From Setoptus koraiensis (lineage: Eukaryota > Animalia > Arthropoda), in assembly GCA_048013815.1 (NCBI GenBank), contig CM106585.1, positions 20,522,001-20,586,000 on the forward strand: DNA of 64,000 bases. The letters run 5' to 3'. Made by a program: the position numbers and the translations under genes. The notes beneath the pieces are model-generated. The model had not been told where the DNA came from. It saw only the letters and a program-made list of their open reading frames with translations, and ran no database searches. Positions 12,227 through 26,887 of the stretch are shown in pieces. Each line of letters begins with the position of its first letter. The stretch's first letter is position 1.

Positions 12227-12769
12227 TTTCTGCTCTGTGCTTGTGTGTGTTTGTGTGTGTTTATGTGGGAATTTTAGGTGAGGGGTGTAACAATCAAATC
12301 TATAAAGCACACTTCGCCCAAACAGTGCATTTTCTGTGCTGAAAATGCTCACGGGAAGCCCTGTCAGAATGATCAGTACAAGTTGCTGGTTTGATCTAAC
12401 CATCAACTCAATTTTGCTATCCGTGATTCGCAAAATGCACACACACAATACACACAAGCACATCGTGTGCACGAACAAACAAAATCAATCTTCGCAGATA
12501 CAGCGAAGATTGGTTTTGTACTGCGCACTCGTCACACAACTCTCTTGTTGTGCACAGCTTTTTTGTGATTCACTCACAGTGCATTATAGCCAATTTAACT
12601 GTTGGGTGCAACCATCAATTGGTCCATTTCCTACAGATAATGCCTCGTTGCCTTCCACAATGTTTTTTCAAAATGCATTGTTGAGACCACGCAAGCACAG
12701 AGTGTGCTCAAGCACACAATGAGCGGCATGTGTTCTGTTCTATGCGTACTGTATACTATCTACACTTTA

Positions 12770-13067
12770 TGTGAGGTATTTCCAAACCTCTTACATCTCG
12801 TTCGTAAAAAACCGACAGGGCAGCGCCACTCAGCTTTCTATAAGCAGTATGGCAGTCGACCACAGCGATTAGTTATCTGCAGGATTGCGAGCTGGCAAAC
12901 AGGCAAGACCCTCCTGGCGCCGAGAGGCGCGTAAGCGCTGAATCAATCAAAAAAAGAAAATACTTAATGAACAGTCTGTACCTCCCGCTGCACATTTGTT
13001 GAACGATGCTGGCGTCTCTGGCGGATTTCTCTTGAACCAGGTGCAGGGGTATTGGAAATACCGCACA
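12770..13067. mobile_element. Degenerate MITE-like element (copy A)
   Basis: Inverted ends TGTG(A/C)GGTATTTCCAA match at 15/16. The interior is visibly homologous to the inverted copy at 13480-13702. Confidence 0.55.
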
Positions 13068-13479
13068 CATTATGCGGTATGTTACGTATATGGGGGCGTG
13101 CGAAGCGAGCGTGCACCGGCCCACAGTATGATGGTTGACTGACAGCTGGAAGTGCTGCATTCGTATTCGGAGGAAGTGTGAGGTATGCTGGTCTAAACTC
13201 TACTTTCACACTGCGTTGGGTTTTAGTTAGGATTTTAGTCTTCAAGAAAGGACACCTCTACCCGGTCACACCCACCCTTACCCCGAAACTTCCAGCCCAA
13301 ACGGGACCGCACTGGTTGCTGCGCACTCTTGGTGCACGCTCTGTGCCAACGTGCAGCACATGGTGTTTTATAGAATTACAACTTGGTCATCACACCCGAT
13401 AATATAGGCCCTATATTGACTGTATGCCATAGAGTCTATGGTGATACAACCAGCATTACAACTTGAATTGGTTATTGTA

Positions 13480-13702
13480 CTGTGTGTGGATTTCCCAAAA
13501 AACTTAGACCAGGTTCGCAAAAAAAAGGCTAGAGGCGCTGCGATCGCCCATGGAGTGTGCAACCGAGCGCGGACTGTTTCATATTTTCCTTTTTTTGATC
13601 GCTTGCTTTAGTGTGGCTACACTGATCATGGAAAGCTGAAAAGCGCCGCCCTGTCGGCTTTTTTTGAAGCCACTGTAAGCTCTTCGGAAAATCCGCACAC
13701 AG
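13480..13702. mobile_element. 223-bp MITE flanked by TA (Tc1/mariner-pogo-like, copy B)
   Basis: Inverted ends CTGTGTG(T/C)GGATTT(C/T)CC match at 15/17, with TA on both sides (13478-13479 and 13703-13704). No coding capacity. Confidence 0.65.
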
Positions 13703-16098
13703 TATTTACAATGGCTTACAGAGTGCTTAGTCCACTAATGAACAATAGATGGTACTCAGGCACAGATCGTACGTTCGCGCACATTTCACCGAACACTGTA
13801 ATATTTTTGGCCTACTCATAACACACATTATACTGTACACGCAATTTTCCAGGATGGTCTGTGCCAATGTGCAGCACAGTGTGCATTTAGTGAACACATT
13901 TGCTCGAATCACCCTATACATGGACTATACACTGGATATAGGCCGAGTAGAACATTTCTCTGCATTATGCTTTTTGCTTTGTGAACACCCCATGTAGCAG
14001 TAACCTGAGTGTGTGCATGTTCTCGTGAATTGCTGGCCAAAAGGTACAAAAACTCGGATAGTGCGTCTCTCTTCTGATATCCACACTGCACTAAACGAAC
14101 AACAACTGTCTGTCTCAACTGTGTGCCTATTTGGCTGTGTCCGACTGTGTAGTGTGTGCGTCCGTGCGTCAGTCTGTTGTTGGTGTGTTTGTGTGAAAAA
14201 GTTGTTTATGCGATGCCTGAAATGCCTGATTTTGCAGGGCGACTGGATTAGGTGCATTCCGTGCGCAGAAAATTTGAATTTGCCAAAGGAATCTCCGACT
14301 CCAGCTGAATTTCTGCATCTGCACATACGGGGAAAGGCAGTCATTTTAGTGGCCCCGCTATTTATTTGCTAAGGCCATAATGCAGCGTGAGTTTTTTGTT
14401 TCAATTTTCATATGCGTCTCGTTCAAGAGAAACGCCACCAGGGACGCTGGCGTCGTTGGAAAAATGTTCAGCAAGACTGACACTGTTACATGTAGAACGT
14501 TTCTTTTTTTGATTGCTCCATTTTAGTGCTAGATCGAGCGATGCTCGCTTGTAGTTGTTGAGCTGAGTTGTTAGTGCGAGTGGCGCCGCGTTGTCGTCTT
14601 TTATTGAACGAAACGTATGAGGGTTGTAAATTGCGCACGCTGCACACGTCCCTTTCTCTGTTTTCCTTGCCGAGACCCTGTCATCGATTGCCCTGAATCT
14701 GAAATCCAACAGCGGCGCCATCTAATGCCACGATTGGTCACAACAAGATACAGACTGCTGTTGTTGGGGGGCAGTGCGGTCGTCGACCAAACGATGTAAA
14801 TAGTTTATATAGTTTACAGTTGTTGACCCTACACACTGTAATGAGGGGCATCATTGAGTATTGATGACCATTCGACACACAACGGTACACCGTTGCCCGC
14901 TGAACAAGGGCTGGCCACCAGGTGGCCGACTCTCAAAGGTGCAATTGTTGTTGCGACCCGACTCAGGCCAACTCAAGCTGGCCAACTCATTGTGATGCAA
15001 GCCCTTTTGTACAGCTGGCTTTTTAGCCATGAAAATGCATTGTTAAACAGTGTGCACACTGTCTGTTTTATACTCGACTGAGGACAATCTGATCGAGTTA
15101 GCCCATTCACAACATTGTCAGTCCAAAAACTGGCCGCAGACAGCTATCGCCTATATTTTTTGTGCCCACAAATGCCTCAGCACTGTTGAGTCAACAGTCA
15201 CTGTTCAACAGTGTGTGTTTGTGTGCGTGTGACTCAGACAGTGTCATTGTGTGCACACGGTGAGAGGGGACTGCAGTGTTCGCGGTCTTTAAATAAAGAA
15301 TAGGCAACCCTTTGCAACCTGCCAGACCCTAACCATGACAACAGTGCAGTGCTTTTCCCCAATTAGGTCATACAGGGCGCCACTTTTTAAATCTAAAAAT
15401 TTTTCACAGTCACCACTGACAAAAAGTATCCATTGCTTCAAGAGGCCCCAGCACAATCTAGAACAGTAGTGGGCCTATCTGGGTGGTATCCAGGTTGAAT
15501 TTATAGTGAATTTCAACACAATTTCAACACAATTTGTGATTGTCATTTGTGCTAGAGAGTTCACTCGCGAGAATGAAAACATCATAGGCCTTTCTGACAT
15601 ATAGCCAGTATGATGGCACGAGAAAGTAACAAGTTAGAAGTGCATTTGAGAGCAACAGTTTACATTGACTTGAGTAATCTCGAGTCATTCGCAGCACGAA
15701 ATGGTGAATAGGAATCCGACAATCATCTTGATGCAAAAAAATATCTCTCATCGGCGCTCAATCTGAACACGGGGAGAACTTCAGTGATACAAGTTACCTC
15801 ACTCACGGGATAACATACCGGTAGTAAGAAAACTTTTGCTCCCACGATCACAAAACCCTAGTTCCATTTGCGCGACAGACAATAGAAGAAATAAATCGTC
15901 TGCGCTCATCAATCAAACAGACGGTACGGTTTCTCCCAATTCTTTATGCTAATTTTTTAATGTAGTAAAAAAGTTACCACACAAGCACGAGATAGATGGA
16001 CGGACATGGTTGCTTCACATTCGAACATCTTAGCAGATACATATGAATGTACTATGAGATATTTCGCTGGAGAGTGAGGTGTTTATACTCTTGTTTCA

Positions 16099-18660
16099 TC
16101 AGGTGGTAATGTCAGCTAGATTGTAGTCCGTTATATTTTGATCAAGTTGCAGATGATTGTTAGTTTTTGAATTGAGGTTTTCCATTGCTGTATCATCAAG
16201 GTTTAATTGACGAAGACGCTCGTCGCTATTTCGTATTCCGTATGTAAAGTATGTCACAAAACCTATGCAGATTGATTTAACATTCATTAAATAAATAGAT
16301 TACACATACGACTCAACCATTGTCTATAAGAAAAAGATAATTCTCAATTCTTTACTCACCCAGGGCTAGCCAGACGCCGAATCTTATCCATGTTCCGATA
16401 CTTAATGAGAACATTAGGTAGAAGTTTATTGCACAACTCAATAAAGGTACATAGGGTATGAAGGGTACCTAAACATAGTTTAATATAATAATGAAAGTAG
16501 CAAGAAAGTTTGTTGTGGTTTCAATCTTTTTGGTAATGAATTGCCGAAAAAGATATTCATTTGATTTTATAAAGTTAGTTACTATACCTTAAATGACAGG
16601 TCTTGATTCGATTGAGGTTGTCTACTCAAACCTATCACCATCAAGATTATTGTGATGATACACAGAGCGAAAACTGTGAGATGAATTGTTTCGTAACTAA
16701 GCAATTCTCTTTGATAAATTATGATATAAAAGTCTGTCAATAGTAGCAGCAATACTATATATTTTTCAAATGAAAAAATTGGATGAATAATTAGAGAATT
16801 ATTGTGTCGTCAGCTGAGTTTTTATACGTATGAGAATGGATTTCTTACCCAGAGACCAAATGAGTTGACAGCTAATTTTTGTTGTCGCAACTGTTGATTG
16901 AATGCGATTGTTGACATTGAATATGCTGAGAAAAGTATCTGGGAGAAATGATGACTTTAAGCTTGCCTCAACTTCCTCCCTACTGGCCGTTATATTGCTT
17001 CCGGTAATGTCGGTCATGGTAAAATGATTGTTTACTATAACACTATCTTCTTCCATATTCTCCTCGTGATGATATCTTAAAATCAATACTGATATCGCAA
17101 CAAGACTATAGGCTAACAAAGTCCCAATGGACATCATATCTGCTAGTTCAGTTAGATCGAACAGAGTAGCCATTATGGAGGCAAAAACACCGCTAATTAG
17201 AGTGGCAAATAAAGGGGTTCTAGTGTACGAGTTGATATTTGAGAATGATCTAAATATAAGCCCATCACTTGACATGGCATACAACACTCTAGGTAGAGGA
17301 TATAATGCACCCAATAGACTTGTCGATAGCCCCGCCAATGATCCGATATTTATAATATATCTCGATGTAGGGGAACCAGCCTTATCGAATATATATGGTA
17401 AGGGGGCTGGTTTGTTTTGATCCCAGTAAGGCCTGTATTTGCAAATTAGAGAGATAGATTAATAAATTGTGTGGAAATTGGGTCTAGTTATTAGTTTTTT
17501 CTACCATGGATGTATACCAACCAGATGAGAGTTTGTACAGTGGATATGCCCAGATATGCAAACAGAACGACCAAAAGTGACATAACTATACTAGCAGGTA
17601 TTGCCTTTTTTGAGTTTCGAACCTCCTCTCCAGTGGTTGCAATCACATCAAAGCCTATAAACCCGTAGAAACAAGTGGCAGCTCCCGCCAACACACCAGT
17701 AATACCAAAAGGGAAAAAACCTCCACTGCCCATAATTTCTTTGGGATTTGTCTTCCATGTTTCACTGGCATTTACTGAGTAAACCTCTGTAATGTTTTCG
17801 TATTGAGATGGTGTCAGTTGCCAATTACTCACATCCGCATAGAATATTCCCACACTGATCACGTAGAAGACGACGAGCATATTTATACTGGTAAATATAG
17901 TGTTGAATCTCGTAGAATCCTTCACACCAATTGAGGTTAGAAAGGTTATCAAAAGTGTGATGAGGGCTGCAACAAGATCTGGATATTTTGATGTGCCTGG
18001 TATCTGGAATGGCAACCATTCATTGTAAGTTTGTGATATCCTTCCATCGAATAAGGCATCTAAATATCCAGAGTAACCTCTGTTTCGAGAATCGTTGGAT
18101 TGAGTTCCATCTATTAATAACGCTACTATTTATCAAGATCCCAGCTTTGAGATATGTCTGACAACACTAGTATTTACCTTGCACCACTAGCCGTTCCAAT
18201 CAGGTATTCTACTATAAGGTTCCAACCTATTAAAAATGCCATAAATTCGCCTATCGAAACGTAACTGTAGATATATGCAGATCCTGCTGCGGGCACTCTA
18301 GCACCAAATTCGGCATAACAAAATCCAGCCAATATCGATGCAAATGCAGCTATGATAAATGATAGAATGACTGCTGGGCCTGCCTTGATTGAGGCCACTT
18401 GACCGGCTAAAACGTAAATACCTAAGCCGAGGGTACTTCCGATCCCTGTAAATATGCAGATGATTGTGAAAAGAGTTTTTCAGTATGTTACTATCAAGTT
18501 GATATTTCGTATTTTGTTCACAGAGAAATAAATACCCACCTAGGGCTGTCAAGTCAAAGGTGGTCAGGCATCGGTCCAGTTTAGTATCCGATCCAGTGGC
18601 CCTCATCATGGGTTTGCGCCGTTGCATGGCTCGAGACACACTTTTGATATAACTCGTCAT
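16099..18660 (-). CDS. Cationic amino acid transporter (SLC7A1-4 / slimfast-like), 7 coding exons
   Basis: Spliced reading gives [103 protein letters not shown] and [12 protein letters not shown]. Approximate exons: 18660-18540, 18445-18178, 18079-17522, 17432-16849, ~16754-16589, ~16469-16361, ~16261-16099. Confidence 0.92.
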
Positions 18661-19476
18661 TTTCGTTAATTTTAACTATAAAGAAAAATACTATAATTGT
18701 TATTCCTAGTACTAATGCCAAAGTACTATGATCTTTTGTTGATTTATTTATTGTTACAATCGGCTTCTTCAATGTATGAGATATATGGACGTATATGGGT
18801 ACCGTTGAATATAGAACATCTCCCTGCTCTCAATTTATGGATTGACAATCATGACTCGATAATTAGTGTTAGTGCAAATAGATTTCTATGGTAACACTAG
18901 AGGCTTTGTTGGATTAGCAGTGATGATGCTGTATTTATTAGTTATATGTAATTCATAATGAGCTAAAGATTCCTTACTCGATACTTAAGTTTGGATACTA
19001 TATCTCAGCTTAAATGTAAAAGAATCCAATTACTTCAACTATGTCTAATCTATATTTCTGACTGATATTAATTCTGAATTTATCTAGTGTTCGGGGCTCT
19101 AAATTATGATTGCGGCTTGATGGACAAAATTGATGCTTACGCGACTGTTATTGGACTGTTCTCAAATTAGTTGTATATAATTACAGCAGAAATGGAAATA
19201 TAAATATAAGTAATAGTGTTATGCTTTGATTGATAACAATAGACATTGGACACCAAGCTGTCTATTATGTGTCGATAAGACAGAGGCAAAAAGTAGATTT
19301 TTGATTGAACGCGCAACGACAAACAGAAAAAGTCGCTATGCGCAAGTCGCTAAAATGTCCGCTTTAGCTTTAGATTGGCCACGTGGTCTTTACAACTTAT
19401 TACTGCTCAACAATATTGAAGCCAAAAGCATTATATTATGCGATATGTTATGAACTAACAAATAACAAGTAATTTA

Positions 19477-20961
19477 TTAATAATTTGAACACAGTAGATT
19501 TTTAGGAGAGTGTGGCCTTCTTACTCGGGCGAATGGCCCAACATTAGGGTCTGTTATATATTGCCATAGAACTTTGGTCCAAGAGGTATGATAGTTCAAA
19601 GTTAAGTAGAATTCCGGAGCAATCTTGCTCAACTCCGGTAATCTACTCCCAGGAATAGATGGAAAATCATGATGTTCAACGTGGTAACCAACATTGAATG
19701 TTAACCAATTCAGAGGTCCATAATAAGAGCAAGTCTCAGGTACCAGAAATTTTCCTTCACTGTCGACGGCAGTTTTCAAAACGTTGTAATCTAACATCTT
19801 TTGATTGTCTCCGGCATTGATTGCAGAGTTATCGTTTGCACTAGAGGTATTATCCAAGGCAATTTGTTCTGTCTTATGTCCTTGGCTTGATGGTAAGTCG
19901 GTTAGTGGAGCCGATGTTCTTTCTTTATGAATCCCATCAATCGACTGTTCCATTGTTGTTTTTGCTGGTGAATCTTTATTCATGAGTTTATCCGCTGATA
20001 CTTTTTTGAACAAGGCACTCTTTGTTGTTGATCTGTTCGCGGAATGACTAGCTGTATTAAACAGAATGGTATGCTCCGATATGAAATGACCCGCAACAGG
20101 ATGAAGACCCATGGATAATAAAGATCCTGTAATCATGTACAGGAGTATGTGGTAACCTAGCGTGGATACTATGAATGTATTGAATAGTATCTGAATGAAA
20201 ACATTCAAAATTTCAAAGTTTTCGAAAGGCTTTGGATTAACCAGGAGAGGCCGTAATGTGTAGAATAATGGTTGTAAGAAGCACCAAAGGGATTTCAAAG
20301 CCGCGTTCCTGAAGAATAGCACCTCAAACGACGAGGGAATATCAGTATCTAGGATATCGTCACCTTGATAACGATGGTGCTCCAGGTGATATTTTTTAAA
20401 GCTGACAGACATTGGAAAGCCTATAGGTAAATTAGCAAACATTCCAAATATTTTGTTGGCTGATGGGTGCGAAGTTCCGAAGGCCATACCATGAGCCGTT
20501 TCATGAATGGCCAACATGAGAGCATGATTGCACACGCCTCCAAATAAATAAGCTAATATAAGTAGAATCCAAAAGTTTGACACATTCCGAAGTAGATAAA
20601 ATGACAGAAATTGCATCAAGACTAGTCCGGTAACTTGCCTGAATATTGCAGATGGACAAACGGTATATGTTTGGTAGAGAGAAAATGAATATTAGTGTCA
20701 TGTGTATAAGATTAATGTTATATCTAATAACATCTAGTCAATAGTAACTAGATGACTAGTGCACATAGTGTATATGTATAGCGCGACAAACGAGACACAT
20801 GTGGAGAAGTTGTTGCTGTTGTCTTACCATTTGAACTTGGTATCTACTCCCATCAACTTTTTGACTTGCGGATACTTTTCCAATATCAATTTGCGCCTTG
20901 TTGCATGCGGCTCATCCGAGTAGGTCCATGTATAATCTTGGCGAGTCACTGTAGCTCCCAT
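19477..20961 (-). CDS. DEGS1: Sphingolipid delta(4)-desaturase DES1 / ifc (exons 20961-20828 and 20638-19477)
   Basis: Exon 1 (absent from the ORF track) reads MGATVTRQDYTWTYSDEPHATRRKLILEKYP. His boxes HETAH, HLEHH and HVEHH are present. Intron 20639-20827 is GTAAGA...CAG. Confidence 0.95.
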
Positions 20962-23900
20962 GGTTCTATCAACAGAATGAGTGTCTTATGTTTTTTAACC
21001 GATAATATCGTGAAGTTCTCAGTTTTTTTGAAAGCTAAATTGTTGGGAATCTTATCTTGAAGTTAATAGTAGTGGAATGACAATGCTTTTTATAAGTAAA
21101 ATATACCGGGCTTCTATATATGACCACCGGCGTATCACCAAATACTATCAATTAATTGTTGCTGCTTCAATTTGATATGTCTCAATAGAGAAAAGCTTTT
21201 CCGATAGATCTATGTACCTCAGTTTGGTTTCAATCCTGAATGTATTAAGTAATATAGGAATATATCGAAAATTTTGGTACAGTCCTCGAAAGAGTTGTGG
21301 TATATATGCTATGTGGTAGATCTTGGGTTGCTGATGCTACTGCTAACAAATCTCACAATGGCTCACTACTAATAATAATCAATGAGAAAAAAAGATTAGA
21401 TGTTATGAAGTGTTAATAGTACTAATTTGTTGATTCAACACATCTAATATTAATAATAGTTGCTGAAAATCTAGTTGAAATGGTAGTATCAATAATAATA
21501 AAAATGATGATCATAATGACGATATGTACATATGGTACTATGTGTACGTAGAATGAACATAAAGGATTACTATCACATTGGTAATCAGGTGAATAAAGCT
21601 AGATTGTGGACTAGTATCTTGTAAGTAGTGAGTAGTTATATTGTGTTCCGATGGTTTATAAACAATTGTAATAATAATGTAACAACTAAACAATAGGTGA
21701 TGTTAGAGTTGATTACGTTTAATTAATAATGAGAACGATAATAATAATACAAATGTAATGGTAACATGAGCAGTGAAATGATTATGTTTATTTGCATTGA
21801 GAGCAGCATACAAAGCGGCATGTATTGTCAGGCGTGATATGGTCAGTGGTGAAATCAGTTACCACTACTACGTGTTCACGGCAATATGTCTCTGCTAGTG
21901 TGGCTAATAGTGCCTGTGGTGCTATGTTTCAATGTTGATTGATGTTCACTAGGTGTATATTCTCACTCAAAAGGTAACAATGATACGGTGTTATTTTATG
22001 ATTATTTGCTTGCTCGGTAGTCAATCAGAAAGGAAAATCTTTCTATAGTGGATGCCAGCAATCAGACAATTTATCGTCGTGTTATCAGTAACACTGACAA
22101 AATAGATATAAATCCTCAGATAGACGATACATATTTATCTTGTTAAATTCACTGCAACACACACACACACGAAGCTAGGATAAAGAATACAGGGGATACA
22201 AACAATCATCGTCCTGATCGTCATCATTGAATTCTAGTAGACATGTACTGTAGAGGCATATTCAGAGTAAAGTTGGGTACATTAGGCTAGAGCTATTTCC
22301 TATGTACCCGACCTTCCTAAGCCTGACAGCACTGCATATAACAGTACACGAGTCTAACTTGAAGATAGAAACGTGATTCCTTTTTATCGCGAGCATGTGC
22401 TCACTGAATTGAACTGTCATGTTGACCAGAAGATGATCACACACATACAGTTTCTATAGCCTAGACTAGTAACGTATCCTGTAACACATTTAAGTTTGAG
22501 TTATCTACTGGATATTATTTTACTTGTAATGCTTGATTGAGCTGTTTCTAGTTGTTTTTCGTGTTTGCATAGATTCTCGTTCAAGTTCATCACTCTCATT
22601 GTCTGATGAATACAATCAGTCTTACATGTGGGTGATATAATTCACTTTAATCTAGATGAAGTTCTATGTGTCAAGACTCTCTCTCTCTCCGTCTGTCTGT
22701 CTCTCGCTCTCTGCTATTAGACTAATTTTCGTATTCTTTCGTGACTCATACATACATGAATTCGATTGTGATATATCTTCTGATTTGTTGTCTTAATGGT
22801 CGCCCCTGAGCGCTGGTCCTTTAAATAATAAACAATAAACAATGCCGGGTCTTGAGGGGAGCCTGGACACTCAACTTGTGTTAGTCTTCATGCTCGTGAG
22901 CGAGCTTGACGACCAAAGATATAATAGATTGGATTGTTATGTTTATTCACGTAGCGATGAATGAGTGGCTAGGATCTCATGTATTCGTTTATCACAAACG
23001 AATGTCAAAATTGCCATATTATAATTGCCTCTCGTTCATGTATTACACAACACATACAGGTCTGAATTTACATTATCAGATAATAGTTTATGAAAAAGAA
23101 ATTACATGCAATTGCATCACACAAAACAAAAAGATAATTCATGGCATTCATTGCACAATCTCGTCGAGAGACAAATGTCAGTGTCGTTGGCTGATTGAGG
23201 CAATCAATTTGCTTCCGTTGCGCCAAATGATGATGATCGACACACTATGTTGAGTTGTTAGTGCATTATGAGTGCCATAAATTAATCGGATAATCTTGAA
23301 ACGATTGATTGGCGATGGTTTGGCTCATGTTGTGATTGAGGTGTCAGTAAGAGGAGGAGGATAGCAACAGTTAAGGTGTTAAAAGGCAAGGGGATAAAAT
23401 GACTTGCACTTTGCACTTGCTGTGGGATGAGGAGTAGTATCAAGAGCAACAGCAGTGGCAGTGGCAGTGGTAATGGAAATGGAAATGGCAGTGGCTTATT
23501 TAGTTCTCAAGTCAATCAATTCATACCAGGCTTGTTAGCAGTTATTATTAGTTATTAGTTTAGGTATGGACACACACACACATTCATTCATCCATTTATA
23601 TTAATCTATAGAAATGTACTGGACGCATCAGACAGGTAGTGTGTTAGTGAAGACACACACCTAGACGTCAAGTCAAGTCACGTTATACTGCAATTGTGAT
23701 GCAACAGTAGAGTCGACAGTATGTAGCTTACAACGGTTCACAGTATATTTCATAACAAGCGGATGAGAAGGAATAAGAAGTACAAGTACAAAAAGTAGTA
23801 CAAGTTAGTGTGCGCGGTAATGATTGGCAAAAATTGAATTGCTATGCAAAATAAACAGACAGACAGATAAGTGAAATATATGAGTCACTTTTAACTGTCC

Positions 23901-26825
23901 CTAATGTCGACCTTAGTCACCACTTGGTGGCTGGCCAGCTGACTGGCTGACTGACACCTAACCAGACAACAAACAAACGTTGCGCTAGTAAACAGCTGAA
24001 GTAACAACGGCAGCGGCAGCATCAGTGATCTAGACCGATGATAATGACAATAGAACAGCAAGCGAGTGAAAGTTTGCACCATTACATTATTATTATAATA
24101 TTCTTTACCTTCACCTCCAGGCTTGGCTTCGGCTTTGGCTTTAGCTTTGCATCACATTACTACTCTACTTTATCTGTGTATGTGTGTGTGTCCTTTCTCT
24201 CTGACTAGCTTGCCGGTGTTGTTAGTGCATAGTTAGACAATACTTGTTGTGTGAACTACTACTAGTAACGTTATACCGCTACCACCATTACTGCCGGTAT
24301 AACTAGTGCTACCATATTAGTGCTTTAGCTAGTACTAGTGAGTGTTGGCGGTGTTATTGTTGTTGTACATAACTATATTATGTAATAGATAGTCGATTGA
24401 TATTGTGTGTGTGCAGCAGCAACACCATCGGCAACAACAACAACAACGACGACGACAACAAGTGAAAGATAAGATGGATTGTGTGTATGTGTATGTGTGA
24501 CAGAGATGCAAAAAAAGAACTCTCTCGTCAATGTGAACTCAAGTCATCAATGTAATAATGATAAGACAAAGAAGATTAGGAAGGATGCAGGCAGCCAAGG
24601 CTGCAAAGAGTTACAATGCTGGCCACCATCACCACTAATAGCATGTAAGCAAGCCTGCCTGCCGGCCAGCAAGTATACATAGATAGCTAGATGCACCTGA
24701 TGCGATCACAATAGAATCATCGTGTAGAGGTCATGAACATTCACGTACATATATATATATTTATATGTACGCGAATGTATGTATGTATGTGTAACAAGCT
24801 ATTCTATTACAGAGGCGTCATAAGTATAGAAGAGGCCATTCACGAAAGTCAGCCGTTTATACACAGGCCAGCTTTCGAGAATGCATTTCGAGTGCGCCAG
24901 CCACTGCTGTAAGCCAAGCTTATTCAATGCTGTATGCCTTCCTGTTATGGCCGGCCAGTTCAATCTAGTGTCCAACACTACCACTACCACTACCACTGCC
25001 ATTGCCACTGCCATTGCCATTGCCATTGCCATTGCCACGGCCATGGCCATTGCCACTACCATTGCCACTACTACTGCCATCATCGTTGGGCATCGTCGCT
25101 GGCATCGTTGCTTAAGTTGCCTGTACCATTGCCGAAACTAAGCAACAAATACACGACTAAGCCTCTGCCAGCACACTCAACTGTGTGTACGTTCAAATTA
25201 CAGGTGAGTCACTGTCATTGATGGTCACTGGCAGGCCGGCCGGCCGGTCGCTGTTAATAGCAAAACTAGTCAGGCCAGAATTCTTCGTTGCAAGCCCAAC
25301 AGCAGCAGCAACAACAACAACATCAACATCAACAAAGGCATCATCATCAACATCTGCAGTTCAATTGCGCCAACAGCATCGGCAGCGGCAGCACCAGTTA
25401 CGACAGTGTGCAATTGCCGAGCACTTACAGTGCATCTTCGCGAGCCAATGTCTACCGCTGGCGCTTGCTTCAAGCGCACACCAATTGGCCAACAGAGTAT
25501 CTTGAGTGGTGCTGATGTTGCCTAAAAGACAGACCTGAGAGTCTCAGGCTGAGACAGACAGGCGGAGAGCGAGAGCCCAAAATTGAATCTACCAGGCGCT
25601 TTCAACGCAAACCCGGAGGGCATCACCTGGTCATCTGATCCATAATCACACTTGTGCACTTGCTCACTTGTGCCAGCACTGGGTACCGGCAAGTGGGCAA
25701 TGCAGCCAGCAATAATACCAGCGGTGGGCATTCTCGCCCAAAAGTGGGGATATTTCCCCTGGAAGCGATATAATTGATTGCGACCATACACCACACTCCC
25801 AACAACCGGCGACTGGCACTGGCAGGGCCGATGTGGCCGCACCACCCCCGCCCGGTGTCCGACTTTCACCGGCCACAAGCTGGCCGCCTTACGAAGCCAG
25901 CTTGTGGCTTGTTGGCGGGCGCGCAAAAAGCGCGGCATGGCATGTTAATGTGACACTTCCTGTCTGTGTGTCGAACTGGACAAGGCGCCAGAGCAACTTT
26001 TCAGGTTGCGCAAACTTTTCCAGCTCAAGCTCAAACTCCGACTCCAACTTTCCCAACTGACAGCTGATGTTGTTGTTGCCGTTGTGACAGGCATGGTGTT
26101 ATTTGTGGCACTTGGCGAGCTTCTTCGTCAAGTGTGTGTGTGTGTGTGCAAGTGTGGCGTCTCTGTTCAACAGAGTCTGTTGCGGCCGCGACGCCGACAA
26201 CCGACACTCAAGCCGTGGAATTTTTGTCCACGAGACCACAACGCACGAGAGGCACGCTTGCCAGCGTTTGCGTGGCGCAAGTTATGTAATTCATTCATTA
26301 GTGTTGGTTTTTTTTTTCGTGTCACTAACGACAATTGTCATTGGCCTGCTTGCAACAAGACAAAGTTGCGGCAGAGTGTGGCCGCGGGCCAGCGTGTGCC
26401 GGCGACCAGCGGCCTGGCGCATCCACATATATCGCACACATGACGTATATACATGATATACGACTCGTATAATACGAGGCTGACGGCATGAGCGCGTACA
26501 GTACCGGCCGGCCGGCGCACGTGGAATGTATTTGGAAAGTGTTTGTTGTTGTTGGTTCGCGAACAAATATACAAGCAACTGCATTCACAAATACCAACGA
26601 ACACAACAAGTACAAGCCCAGGTTGAGGACGACGACGGTCGCAGGGGCGATACGCAAGCGCCGTTATAATTAGTTATCAGTTACAAGTGATTAGGAAGCC
26701 GATCGAGCAACCGTGCAGATAACAATGCAAGTCACACACGGAGCACGAAGCGGCGAAGATGGATTAATTGGAGGCGCCCAACTTGGGCCGGCGCTCGTGA
26801 AATGTTGGCCAGCGGCCGGCGCGTA

Positions 26826-26887
26826 GCCAGGAGCGCCCCCTAGCCCCGGATGGACCGAGACGCGGCCAGGAGCGCCCCCTGGCCCCG
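26826..26887. promoter_or_regulatory. Two tandem CTCF-like motifs in a GC-rich patch
   Basis: 23-bp direct repeat GCCAGGAGCGCCCCCT(A/G)GCCCCG with a 39-bp period. Its reverse complement contains C(C/T)AGGGGGCGCT. Confidence 0.35.
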
